64,000 nt of DNA. Source: Neoechinorhynchus agilis. Taxonomy: Eukaryota > Animalia > Acanthocephala. The position numbers and the translations under genes are program-made. Shown here piece after piece: positions 25,140 through 37,633 of the stretch. The stretch lies in assembly GCA_051530055.1 (NCBI GenBank), contig CM121341.1, forward strand, positions 11,448,784-11,512,783, written 5' to 3'. A model generated the notes under the pieces. The model searched no databases and had not been told where the DNA came from. It saw nothing but the letters and a program-made list of their open reading frames with translations. Within the stretch, counting starts at the first letter, position 1; each line of letters begins with the position of its first letter.

Positions 25140-26800
25140 TTCAAATTTTATCTCACTCTTTGCGATCACTTTCCCACGTTCCAATTGCATAATCCCCGCC
25201 TACTCGTCTACCCAATTCGGCTCATTAATTATCTCATGTTTTCCGTCTCGGCATTTGATTGGTTGATATCCACTTTCATCATCTTTTTCCCATTGTCATC
25301 CTCCTTTTTACTGTTCGTTGATTAATGGATAGACTCCATTACTTGTTAACCGGCGGGTGGATGGCACGGCCATCAACCACAATGATATATTACGACCGGA
25401 AAAATTTGCACCCTGGGACCTATTTCCTTGTCTTTTCTTATCAATAGTTTTAACGAACCGATCTTCATTTCATGGATGTCGTTTGTATGCACTTTGTGGG
25501 TTAGGTAATCTATGGATATAAGAGCACATAGTTCTTTTGTCACTTTGGGCTGAACCCTTGCGATAAGATGCACCGGTGTCTTGGGTTCGACAGACAGGCA
25601 CATGATAGATATGACAGGTCGGACTCTACAAAAAAGGATTTTCTTGTACAACAGTCTGATTTAGTCCAAACGGTCTCGTGGTCGAGCTAGCATGACAAAT
25701 TATTCCTTCTCTGTATCTCGATCTGGATAATTACCTCGTATTTCCTTTAGGCTATCATCCCGATCTGACAATGTGTAACAACGCTGCTCCTGGTGAATAA
25801 AGTCAAACTTTAATGGAAATGCACTTTAACGCCCATTTCCCCTTCTGAGCGCTTCCGGTAGTCAAACCTTCTTTATAGAGAATGTGAAGGTTAGCCAAAA
25901 ACCACACCGTCAATCTTTTATTAAATGCCAACTGTAGACACAGTAGTCCCAATTTTGGCGTTGCAAAAGGACAAGGATTCGGAATCTTCGGCTTTTCTGT
26001 CTTCTATGGCGTAATGGCGAGTTTAAATAGTCCTCTTTTTCCTTAGTATCCGGTGGAATCGACTAAAAGCATTTTTAATTAGATTTTGATTAGTGTTTAC
26101 ACAATCTGAAAATGTATTCTCTTTTTACTCAGACTTTATGTACATTGACATTTTTTTGTTTTACCCGTGTTGCCGACTGTCATCCGGCTCTTCCGCTCGC
26201 TGTAGATTTCGGAGAATTTTTTTGCATCACTTATCGAAAAGATTGCGGCGAGGGAACGACGGCGGACGAGAGTGGCTAATTGAAATCCTATTCCTCATCT
26301 CCACCCACCGACGTGGACGGAAAAACGATATCCCCCGAGTATCCTCGTTAAATTAACTAGAGACATACAATAGTCTAATGACATTTTTACTTCTTGCTAT
26401 CCCATACATTCAAAGATTTCTAGTAGCACCCGATGGATCAATCAATCACGACTACATCTCACGCTCTTGCAATTTGTTTTTATTGTTCTTAAGGACTGAT
26501 TCTTGATTTGATGTTGCCGCTAGGTAATAACGCGAATATTCTCTTCTGCAAACACGGTAACGGCTGACCTCTTTCATTGCCCCGGGTTGAAGGACATCGC
26601 GAACTGAGAAATTCCAATCAAAATACAGGAAGTGCTTATCAAATTATGATGTGTCCGTGTAATCACTGGTGATCTATTGTGTTTCAATGACGAATGCCAA
26701 TCACTGACCTTCTACAGTTATTCACCTGTCATATCAAACAAACCCTTAAACTCATTTTTTTCTCATAAATTTGAAGGACAAATTACTAAAGAGACTTCTT
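25140..26800 (-). mobile_element. Heavily decayed Bel/Pao-like LTR retrotransposon (gag knuckle to RT region)
   Basis: GC-richer island without a long ORF. Frame-broken minus-strand motifs appear in Pao order: ATPKLGLL (cf. TKLGW), RLTVWFLANLHI (cf. FW.LE.LGI), REGII, HIYHVPV (cf. YLPHHPV), EDR, VQIF, WVDE (cf. YVDD). Each match alone is weak. Confidence 0.5.
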
Positions 26801-27680
26801 GATTCTTATCACCGTCGGTCTCCCCGGGCTACTGTTTCTCACCTCCTCTAAACGACCGCACCCATATCGGCCCCAGCTTTTGGTTATCTTACCCGTTCCA
26901 ACAAGATCAGAGTCACGCACATACTTAGGCTAAGATCGATAGCTCTGATATCTTCGTCTCCCCTTTCGCGAGCGGCGAACCGCTTCATTCCCGAAGGCTA
27001 AAGAACTTCATAAAACGCGAATATTGGTTACGCTTCAAGCCAAATTTTAATTAAACGAAATTGTTCGGTCATTATGGGATACCGCCGTGACTAGTAGCCC
27101 TGGGCAGGGAGGGTCCAGTCATTCTATCGGCTTAATTAAAGTGACCTTTGTTCTGGTGGTCACTTCATCCGGAGGGTACTTTGATCACGATCTCAATCTG
27201 ATAAGCCAAATAAAAAATTCAAACGAGATAGTGCCCATAAAATCTTTTTTGCAGACGGAGACCTGTCATGTCTTTTGCTTGTCTGTGGTATGTAAATCCT
27301 CGACATTAGACGGAGAAATTCCAACAGTGATCACTGTCCTACACCACTAAGAGAGAGAGAATGCTTTAATTATCCTTCCTCACACAACAACAAGGACTGC
27401 ATGCCGGCCTCAATTACTTTGGCTATCTCCCACCGGCATTTCTTTATTTTGATTGTTTTACTACCGTTCAATCATAGACCTCGATTAACCATAAAGAGCG
27501 GAATCCTTTATTTTTTTCGTTATTATAACCTCATCAATGCTTCTTTGATTTCAGATTATATCACACTCAGCCAAGAAAACAGCCTCATCACTAAAGAAAA
27601 GAATACTTCTTTTCACATGCCAAAGGTATTTCCTTTGTATTGTTACATAATTCAACCGTTTGTAATTTGCAGGCTTAAAT

Positions 27681-29948
27681 ATGGATTTGTCTGTATATTT
27701 CTGTTGGCTAATTTTTCTATTTACACCCACTGAAGCATGTCCCCTACTGCCGGATAGCCCATGCCATTGCGGAGTCCGGAATGACAGCACGTCCTACATT
27801 CAATGTTCGGGACTTGGACTTCGTGAAATTCCAAAATTCACGCTATCATTCACCTACGATGAATTACACCTGATCGATAATTATATCAGTCGAATCGAGG
27901 ATAATTCATTCTCGAAACTACGAGTACGCAAGATTTATTTGACCGGTAATCCGATTTCGTACGTCAGTAAATCGGCATTCAAGCCTCTCAGTCGACAGCT
28001 TGAGCTGCTTCATTTGGATGTTGTCACTCCCAGTCTCGACGAGGATGATTTGGACGAAGAACCGATCACTTCTATCGATACGACAACTCTTGCATTCCTA
28101 TGTTTACCGAGGCTTGTAAATATCCGTCTGAAAGGTTTTCAGCTGGAACGATTACCCGGACTTTGTCCAAATCTTACAAGACTCACAAACGTCGCACTCC
28201 TGTCATGTGGTCTTCGTCTCATCGACTATAACCACGGTCCATTTATCAATGTAAAACATTTGGACGTCTCGCTAAACCCGCTTCTGGAAACAGTGCCCAC
28301 TTCTCTGTTTCCAAACATAGAATCACTTAATCTAAGTGGAAACGCCATTAACCAACCAATTGAAAACTCTTCGATGTCCACTGTTAAAACTCTCGACTTA
28401 AGCAAGAATGGAATCGATAAATGGTTGCTGCCGGAATTAAGTAATCTTGAGCATTTAATACTAGACAAAAACCGCCTCACAATCCTTGATCAAACTCCAA
28501 TCTACACAAATCTCAAAACGCTCTCTGTGAGGCACAACAAAATTTCAACTGTTTTTAAATCATTTTCATCCAAACTTCCGAATCTACACACACTCGATCT
28601 ATTTGATAACCAACTGGTCAACTTTGATTGCCAATTCACCAATCCCAAAATCGAAAATCTTAATCTTGGATCCAACCATCTTACAGTCGCTCCATCTAAT
28701 CTTCCCATAACGATTAAATCCCTGGACATCTCAAACAATGTTATCTGCTCATTTTCAGCCCCGATAGTACATTCTTTTACACGGATAAATGATATTTTCG
28801 TCCATGATAATCCAATATTTTGCGATTGCAACATTAGGTGGCTCAAAATCGAACTTATGAGACGAAAAATTAAAGGAGTCAAATGTACGTTGCCCATTAG
28901 GCTCAAATCAATGGATTTGATTAATCTTACGGACACACAATGTGTTCCAGAAGTTCCAGCATGCGTCCATCTTGCTCATGGTCCGTATGTGAGAATAAAA
29001 GAAGACTTCGTGGAACCTCATTCAAGTAACGAAACTAGTGAGATAACCGAGAGGACAGAGACGCCTCGGGAAAAGTCGAATCTTCCGTCAATATCCTCAA
29101 TTACTCTTCATTACATCTCATCTTACGACACGATGAACCGTCCCAGAAAGTCTATTCTCGTCAATTGGAAACTTCATTCTTATAAGAAAGTTAGAGGTAT
29201 TCGCGTTAGTATAGTACCAAGACAGATTAACTCAAAAAGCTCAGCAAATCTTTTCCAATATTCCACAGTCTTACCGAGTTCATCTAGACATTTCGTAATT
29301 CATGGCGTAAAACCCGATGTGGTCTATACAATTTGTGCTGAGCCTCTCGGTCATGTAGAATCATATGGTAAAATGTGCAAGGATCTTAGAACGATTGGTG
29401 AGAGCAATGTCCACGCTGCAGCCGAAGTAATAAAAGCTCCACTTGGTGAAGTGAACACAGTGGACGCTAGAATGTTAATTGCGGCTTCAATCATGATTGG
29501 AAGTGTTCTCGTGTCTTTGTCTCTATTAATTCTATTCATGGCATTTTCTAAACCTCGGAAACGATCAATAAAGTCTCCACTTATGAAAAAACTTCAAGGA
29601 AATCAGTATTTGACAAACACGAACCTACAAATGATCACATCGTCTGCAATGGCAGGTGCTCATTTTGACGATCGCGACCGCCTGATGGATTATTTTTCAT
29701 GCCATGGCGGACATTTCTTATCCCCACATACCATAAGTCCTAATGGAGGAGGAACGTGCTGTTGTAGTTGCAACTTTCAGCCAATCACACGACTACACGA
29801 CGAAAAATCTTCTTCTGAAATTAACCAGCAAAATACAACTGATACAAGGATAACCAGTGCTCTTGGTGGACGGCACCTCTATCATGAGATTGCCAATGCA
29901 TGCTCACTTGAAAATGAACACCATTCCGCCGAAAGTGATGTTGTGTAA
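27681..29948 (+). CDS. Single-pass LRR-LRRCT-FN3-TM receptor (FLRT/ELFN-like architecture), intronless
   Basis: 755-aa ORF: signal peptide, LRRNT CP...PCHC, many LxxLxLxxN repeats, LRRCT NPIFCDCNIRWL...KCTLP, FN3-like VNW...GVKPDVVYTICAEP, TM MLIAASIMIGSVLVSLSLLILFMAF and a cytoplasmic tail. Confidence 0.9.
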   Translation: MDLSVYFCWLIFLFTPTEACPLLPDSPCHCGVRNDSTSYIQCSGLGLREIPKFTLSFTYDELHLIDNYISRIEDNSFSKLRVRKIYLTGNPISYVSKSAFKPLSRQLELLHLDVVTPSLDEDDLDEEPITSIDTTTLAFLCLPRLVNIRLKGFQLERLPGLCPNLTRLTNVALLSCGLRLIDYNHGPFINVKHLDVSLNPLLETVPTSLFPNIESLNLSGNAINQPIENSSMSTVKTLDLSKNGIDKWLLPELSNLEHLILDKNRLTILDQTPIYTNLKTLSVRHNKISTVFKSFSSKLPNLHTLDLFDNQLVNFDCQFTNPKIENLNLGSNHLTVAPSNLPITIKSLDISNNVICSFSAPIVHSFTRINDIFVHDNPIFCDCNIRWLKIELMRRKIKGVKCTLPIRLKSMDLINLTDTQCVPEVPACVHLAHGPYVRIKEDFVEPHSSNETSEITERTETPREKSNLPSISSITLHYISSYDTMNRPRKSILVNWKLHSYKKVRGIRVSIVPRQINSKSSANLFQYSTVLPSSSRHFVIHGVKPDVVYTICAEPLGHVESYGKMCKDLRTIGESNVHAAAEVIKAPLGEVNTVDARMLIAASIMIGSVLVSLSLLILFMAFSKPRKRSIKSPLMKKLQGNQYLTNTNLQMITSSAMAGAHFDDRDRLMDYFSCHGGHFLSPHTISPNGGGTCCCSCNFQPITRLHDEKSSSEINQQNTTDTRITSALGGRHLYHEIANACSLENEHHSAESDVV

Positions 29949-30835
29949 ATTTGATTTTTTTGGATTTTGTTTGTACAAAAACCTCTTTGTGAGTTTGTTT
30001 TCAGGATTAAATATTGAATTATGCATCATATATGACTAGCCGAGACTAATCGTATTTAATAACACATGAATGCAATAAGTCTTCTCCCTGTGGACTTTGC
30101 ATTCGAAATGATGTAAATTCCTTTGTTGTGCTTAGGGAGACGCACTAGATTTTTGACATTCTTGTTATTTAGTCAGACGAATATTAATATACACTGCAAT
30201 GGCCTTTGTGTCCTATTAGTAAATCTTAGGGATAAATTTAAATAATCTAATTTATTAGGTCATTTGAAACGCAGGTTGAGACAAATTTGGGAACATAAAT
30301 TGATATTCAATTGTTTATTCTTAAGCGAACGTATTTAGGAAATCAAGAGACGATTATGGGGATGTTGTGATTTAAGTACGATGCTATATGACAAATGCAG
30401 ATTAAACGAGAATAAAGGTGACCGGTGTGTATTTAGGAAAAATATTAATTGATTAATGTATTTGAGTTGGGTCAATCCGAAAACCTACAAAAAAGATGAT
30501 CGAATTTCGTGCGAATATAATCCTCCGTATTTAAAATTCGGCGGAAATCCTATTGCTTTTAGCCCGAAGATCTATAGCACCCATAAGAGCATTTGTAGCT
30601 CAAACGAGATCTTTGTGCGCCTCCACTATTGTGCATTAAGATGATAAAATTCCATTATAATCGAACAACAATTCTTATTGGCGCTCAGTAATCTCGAGAT
30701 GTAAACACGATGTTTTAGAATATCACGACTAAACATAATTGCATTCTTTTATTATTTGATTTTAGAATAATATGCACGTTGAGTTTGTGGCTTTTAGTTA
30801 AAAACATTAAGGAAAATTAGAAATATCATTTAGGT

Positions 30836-30891
30836 ATTCACCCGGTAAATATCATTTTTTATTAAATACGTTTTAAACCTCGTTGGGTTCA
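30836..30891 (-). repeat. Degenerate copy of the ~70-bp hammerhead-like repeat family
   Basis: Minus strand TGAACCCAACGAGGTTTAAAACGTATTTAATAAAA...ATTTACCGGGTGAATAC matches the copies at 39473-39560 and 61632-61812. The CUGANGA core is lost. Confidence 0.6.
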
Positions 30892-31209
30892 GGATTAAAC
30901 TATAACCCGGTACCTCAAATAACGACATTTGGGATAATATTATTGTACTATAAAATTTAGTTATAGAAGTTTTTTGTACAAAAGATGAGAACTATTGTGG
31001 TTGTTATTGAGTAGCATTTGGGTGTTGGTCCAAAAATTTATGAAATCGTCAAAAACTCTGTTTATAAGAACCTTATAATAAAGAAAAATAAACGCAATTT
31101 ATCTAGTTTTCTTAGAAAATACTATAAAAATAGAACCTAATCGCACATATTAAACTGCAATTTATTACTACATGAATGTTAGTCAATTGTAAATCACCAT
31201 TGTAATTAA

Positions 31210-34200
31210 TCACGCACGAAACTCGTTATCCTTTAATAGAGAAATCTGATTGCTAAAATCAGTGATAAATGCCACTTTACCTGGGCACTTGGGACATATC
31301 TAGGTGTCAAAGTTTGCATCTCCACTTCGTTTGAAGGTATGCGACTGTGTCGTTTGTTTCGAGATTTATTTGGTACATTAATCAAGATATAAGCGATGAG
31401 AAAGGAGCATGTTGCCATTAGAGCACCAACAACCAAGAATCCTTGAATTTAGACATTTAGTTGTTGATTCAACATTTGGACCATAACTGACCTTTAATAG
31501 GTATATCAGCCTTGTCATTAATCTTAGCATCACCTTGACCGCCAAATACGTTATCTACACTTAACGACCTTCGAACAATCTTCCCATGCTGTGAATTCTA
31601 TGCAAGGATCATGTTTATTTGGTTTCAGTGAAACGGCAAAAGAAGACAATACCTCAATTAGTAATGAATGAAAGAGCTGTCCACGGTTGGATGCCCAGCA
31701 GTTTAGGTCAAATTGTTTGCTGGTCGCTCCTTGACTTGCACTCACGTATACAATGTTATTCAAAAAGTTCTGAATATCTTTTATGTTTTCACCTGCATGA
31801 AATGATTTACAATAAAGTTTTTATGCAATTTTGCCTCATTAAATCGTAAATTTATTCGGGATTTTTAATGATTATCTTTAGAAACGCAAATTTATCAGCT
31901 ATATAATAATCCTTAAAAAGTCGATATTATAAGATAAAAAAATCTGTAAGTATAAGTAATGCACAATGAACAGTTTTTAACTAATTGTTTGACGTTAAAT
32001 AGTAACCTTTAAAGATATAGTTACTTAGGTAGCTACTGTAAAATACTTACAATTATCAGTAATTTTATATAAGCATTTTCAAACTTTACAGAATCTGCTC
32101 TTTAAAAGTACTGACTAATTGATATTTCGATGCTTTAAGATTATTTTGATCCAACGAGTTCTGAACTTCGCAAAAAATAGCACAGATTCATCCAATAAAC
32201 CACAGTTGGGAAGTGTGAAATATTCGTTTCAGAAACGATTTTTAATAAAAGAAGTTGTCTAACTTTGGCTAGGATGCAAAGTTTATCGATGAACGTGAAA
32301 CTTACTAATGTTGAGGGTAAGGATGACTGCGGAACTGAGAAAAAAAATTCTCAGGTCAAAAATAAAGAATTAACATAATAAATTATAAATTTTTCACCTT
32401 CGAAAACAAAGGACCGATCCTTTTCTTGTGACACCTTGAAGCCAGGAATATTAAGTAAATAGACTTCATCGACATCTGCAGGCACAGGATCCACGGTTAT
32501 TGTGCAATTCGTAAAACTTTGCATTTCTCTTAGAATCGGTGGTAGAATGCTAATGTTTGCAAACGGTTGAAAATGCTGGAACCGACTGCTTCGGGTGATT
32601 CTTAGTTCGCTAAGAATCTGATTGACTTGCTTGCTTTTAAGAATTATGTAAACCGATGGTAGAACTTGTTTAGGCATGTCTTTGCAAACAATCGCTCCGG
32701 TGATGTTTACAAACGTATCCGTAACATTTCCTAATGGATCAGGGACGTACTCGAGTTTACTCAATACAGATCGTATTTGATTAGCGGTTTGAGCTCGGAC
32801 GATTGCAACCGAATTGTTCTCATTAAATGCGATTTCCTATTCGAGTTAAAACTTTCTAAAATCGAAGAAAGAGAATAACTCACCCATTTCTTCATTTCAC
32901 CAATATCATGAGCATCCTGAAACCTTTCGGCACATTTCCGCGTACAGCTACTGTCTCTTAGTTTACGTTTTACGATCTCAAGTTTCGCTAACTTTCCTTG
33001 GAAATTTTGTGACCATCTTTGTGAACGTCCTAATTAAACTCAGCCATTTCGAATTTTCCATTCAAACAATAACTCACCATGCCAGCAAGCGCCGATTGCA
33101 CTCACAGTCGTTCCAGAATCACTCTCTCCACTCACGATCGCCTCAAGGGGAAGGCTTTTCACTACGTTAGCCAAATGAATCTCTTGCTCGCTATCATTGA
33201 CATGTAATGTTACTTTTTGCCATTCATGATCGATAGAGATTCTATAAAAGGTCCAAAATTTTGGATCAATTCTTGAAATATCCCATTGCCAAAGAGAAGG
33301 ATAAAACTCATGGTTCGCTGGTTCTGGTTGAGGATCGTGCCTTAGCAACATCTTCAGCATATTGTCATGCAAATATACGGAGAAATGATGTCGATTCATC
33401 GAGTCTTTGTCTGATTTACATAAGATTTGTTGTTTATGTTGGCTAAACGCCGGATCGTATGATTTCAACCAAAATGAAACCGAAGAAATATGATTGACAG
33501 ATGAGAGATCTTTTATGTTTAAAAAGTCATCGTGGCCATTGAAAGCGTATTCTGATTTTTCACTAGGCGGTCTATTTTCGCCCAACGATGTATCGTAGCT
33601 ATTGAGCAAAGCCACCTTGTACCCTTCAGATTCTATGTATAATAAATAATAAAAAGCGATAATAGCAAACGGATATCCGAAACTAACCGCATTGTGGTTT
33701 TTCACAAATGTTTCGGGAGTTTTTGCTAAATTGAAGTTCAAAATTAATAACGATATCTTCCAATTGACAATGAGGACACGTCTTTATGTCCAGATTCTTG
33801 AATGGGAATTGTGTAGACAGTGTATTTGATATCTGGTTAACTGCTCGATTGTCAAGATATGAATTTGTTGAAGACAAATAATATTTGAAAAATACCAAGG
33901 GAAATGTTAATAAAAATGGATGATTATTTTTGTTCTCGTTAGAATGTCACATAGAAAATAAAGAATAAGAAGGCAATAAACCTGAGACACATAGCTTAGA
34001 CATATTGGCGAAACCAGAGTCCTATTTAGCTCTCGGCTTTTGGGACATCGTAGTATTTTAAAATTTAGACTGTTGCAATTGCGAAATGAAAAAGTTGTAG
34101 ACGGAAGGAAAATTGACGAGGTTAAACTTTGAGTATATTGTGGATCCCAAATGTAAAATATTAATGGCGAACTTCTATCCATTTCCCCCTACTTTGTTTT

Positions 34201-35313
34201 CAATCTAATCATCTTATCAAAAGCTAGCGCGTTAAATGGAAAATCTAACCGGGAAATTTTATCACAGACTAAAAAATGTACACTCCTTTATGCAGTCTTT
34301 TAGACTAAGTCAAAGAAATCGTGGAACTTTCTTGAGCACTTTTTCAAATCTTCCAAAAAATACCTTAAGCTTCTATAATGGACATAATTTCTTAAATCAT
34401 GAGCATTTTGATGATTACTTTGAGATCTTAAAATTTACCTGATATCGAAGGCAAACAAGATTCTTCGATTTTAACAGTAACCAGTGCCGGTTGGCTTTCC
34501 GCTTGATCGAAGCAATCGAATGCCACAACATGAAACATGAATTGTTCTTTTCCGTGTGTCTTGTAAATATGTCTGGTAGGTCGAACAAATCCATCTGAAT
34601 TGACCATAAATGGAACGTCTTCTTTGATTTTATAACCACAGGCTACGTGATTATTGATACAATCGTCGTCATGAGCCGATATCTAGTGACGAAAACCGGG
34701 TTAAAACTACGAAGAAATTGAAAAACCTTTAAAATATCGCTGGGTTCCGTTCCTTCGACATATTTCGCGACATATTCCAATTGATTGAACACTGGAAGAT
34801 GTTCGTTGCTTTCGTGAAGGTTGACTTGTACTCGTAGGCTATATAGGGCGAAGTATTCGATGTTGGCAAAACAATTAAATACCTTTTATCAATTTCAACT
34901 TCTCCATTAGGACATTGTTTAGCAATCGCTAAGAGATAAGAGGACCTCCAACTGCACTCCGATCGATTTTTATTTGCGGCATGAATTGTACTTCCTTCCA
35001 AAATAAAATTCGAAGACGTGACCCAGTGGCCGTCTACTTGCTCCAGGGTTAATAATTTACAATTTTCTTTTTTTATAAAAAATCAGGCTATAAGAAACCA
35101 CTTTTTTTAAAAACCTTCATAAACACTGTTAAATATTCCTGAACTCAGTTCAAATGACGGCGATTTTCTCGATGCATGTATTGCAAACGGAACGTACGAT
35201 TCTAATAGCGAAAAAAGTAGTTTGAATTGTTTTTCCCATTAAATACCGTTCGTATTTGATTGAGCTCCAGTGTAAATTAAAGTTGTTATCAGCACGAAGA
35301 CGATCTCCATCAT
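31210..35313 (-). CDS. CLSTN: Calsyntenin (cadherin-cadherin-LamG-TM), multi-exon
   Basis: Signal peptide MMEIVFVLITTLIYTGAQS; cadherin motifs VNLHESNEHLPVFNQLEY and AHDDDC...ACGYKIKKDVPFMVNSDG...VVAFDC; LamG QILCKSDKDSMNRHHFSVYLH (cf. ILCSSDKTDMNRHHYSLYVH) and IGACWH; TM GFLVVGALMATCSFLIAYILI. A few central exon boundaries were not resolved. Confidence 0.88.
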
Positions 35314-35966
35314 CTCGGTTCCACTTCCTGCACTTGTTCGAAAGTGATCTCTGAAAAAGTTGCACAGAAAGCGACGTTTCTCCGACTGCCAAAGTTACTC
35401 GCTTTTGTGTAGGTGACTCAGTCTGCTTCATTTTAAAGGCCCATGTCACACTCGCTGTTAATAATGTTAGTGTTTACAATTCTTGGAATAATAAAGGAGA
35501 GAAATTTGACACTTACATAAGTAAAAATACCCAATATTTTTGGATGCGAATTGGAGAAGCTAGAAAACATTCGCCTTTCAAGAAGGAACGGTTATTTAGA
35601 TTTGCTATTTTCTAATATAATGATTTTCTAAGACACTCGTGTCTTCTCACACTAGCCATAATGTGTAATCTTGTTAATTTGTTGCAAATGAAATTAAAAT
35701 TTAAACATGTATTGTTTTGTGAGAATCGTAGAATATTATTGGAAACACGTTCAATACCTTCTAATTGATGTCATTTTTGATATTCGTAACCGTTTCAAAC
35801 ACATTCATTTAGAGATATAAATAGATCCATTGGCAGTTTTTATTTGCGAACCTTTTGACATAATATATTGAAAAAATTAGGCAATTATTAGTGGATTGTT
35901 GTTTTTCTGAGCATTGATTACCTCTCAAAGTAAAAAGAGATGATTTATTTTTTATTCCATTAAATC

Positions 35967-36914
35967 TTAGACGGGTGTAAACGCCGGTTTGCCCAATTGC
36001 GCTTCATGCATTGGTTCATGTCTGGACGAGAAATAGTAGAAAAATGATGATCTGCAAATATTTCCCAAGCATAGTTTAAAATAAACTCTAATTCCACCAC
36101 TCTTCCACTCCTCGCTGCCCTTTAAGGATAAAACATTCATTCGTGTTCTCCTCACCTCTCCCGGTTGAAGAATAGTTGGACGGAGATCTGACTTTGTTGC
36201 AGCTCCAGGAAACACGCATGCTTTAGAACTTAATTCATCAATCAATACGAGTGAATCTTCCCAAGAAATATGACCGTTCTGATCACTGAGAAGGGCTTCA
36301 ACCTCAATAGGCGATGAGCTAATATTCGCTACACTGACAATGAATTCACCGTCCCCATAAGGAGCTGAATATTGGAGTGCCGGATCACCACTACGAACTT
36401 GTTCTACTTTTAAATCCACACCTTCGCCACAGTACATCGCCGGTCGTCGAGTTTGGCAGCACTTCACCTTTGCATAATACTTTTGATCGTTGTACCATCG
36501 AGGCTCAGTCATAGTCTTAGGAAATGGAGAAACCCATCCGCTATGAGTACGTGTCCAACCGCATGGGATTGATGGTAATTCCATCAAGAGCTGCATTATT
36601 TCGCCATCGTTGGCTTTCTGGATAACGTCGATAACTGGATAACCCTCATTGATATGCCCTCCAACGACGTATTTAACATCCGTAGCAAATACCGGCTCTT
36701 CCATTTGGCGAGCTTGAAATCCGTACTCCTCGACATCACCGTGTCCATTCTCATGTGGACCTCCTCTAATGAACTTTTTATTTTGGAAACTGAGTTTTTT
36801 ATGATGGATTGGTGGCAGTGATTGTGAAACCATTTGACCTATTGATTGATCGACATTTGCTGTAAAGATAAACTCGCATTGCATCAAGTCGGTTGCGAGA
36901 TGGTTTGGATCCAT
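35967..36914 (-). CDS. Uncharacterised ~300-aa protein (single large exon; probable short upstream exon)
   Basis: Long stop-free ORF, GC-richer than its flanks, with globular composition. A GTGAGT...TTTACAG intron probably covers the first part of the tracked ORF. No family recognised. Confidence 0.65.
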   Translation of the reverse strand: MDPNHLATDLMQCEFIFTANVDQSIGQMVSQSLPPIHHKKLSFQNKKFIRGGPHENGHGDVEEYGFQARQMEEPVFATDVKYVVGGHINEGYPVIDVIQKANDGEIMQLLMELPSIPCGWTRTHSGWVSPFPKTMTEPRWYNDQKYYAKVKCCQTRRPAMYCGEGVDLKVEQVRSGDPALQYSAPYGDGEFIVSVANISSSPIEVEALLSDQNGHISWEDSLVLIDELSSKACVFPGAATKSDLRPTILQPGEVRRTRMNVLSLKGSEEWKSGGIRVYFKLCLGNICRSSFFYYFSSRHEPMHEAQLGKPAFTPV

Positions 36915-37633
36915 CGTCGTTCAAAAAGCAAGACACCAACCCGCGAACTCACCTTTGTGTGGTTCACTTATACTTCTCGAGCTCTGTCGGAAAACAATTC
37001 GTCATAAGAAGCATAGAGATTCAGTGAGATGGAGAAAAGACGCACTTTATTCTAGACTAACGCCGAGATTTGTTGCACATCAACGGATGCATTTTACACC
37101 ACTCAGCTCCGTGTCTTTTTAAGCAGAAGAAACAATGTAAATTCAAAAAGTGGCCCAGAGATTCTCATTTTAAAGCGTACTGCTCATTTAATGATTCTGA
37201 GGCAAATCGAACATTGTTGCAATGATTGAAGTATTCAGGTTGAAATTTTCGATTTTCAGAAAATTAAGTTTTTCTGAAGATTTTGGTACGAACTATGCGC
37301 TAAATCGACTTTTTTTGGATCACTTGAACAAAAGTAAATGAAATAATCAAACTTGATCTCGTAATCTTTTTCGGTTAGAAGATTTAACCTTAATGAATTC
37401 TGGGCTCTCAAATAAAAACTTCTACGTATTTTATGGCTTCATCTACATGAGTAAAATATTTAAATTTGAGCTTAAAATGTTTAGACGTGACAAGCTAGCC
37501 TTAAATTGCTAGGATTTGATGATCCATCAAAAACATTCAGCGCACTCCAATGCGTAAGAGTATTAATGGCTAATGTAGCTTCGAACGCGAAACCTCTTTA
37601 AATACGAACATTATCCGTCAAAATAAGTCTTTA

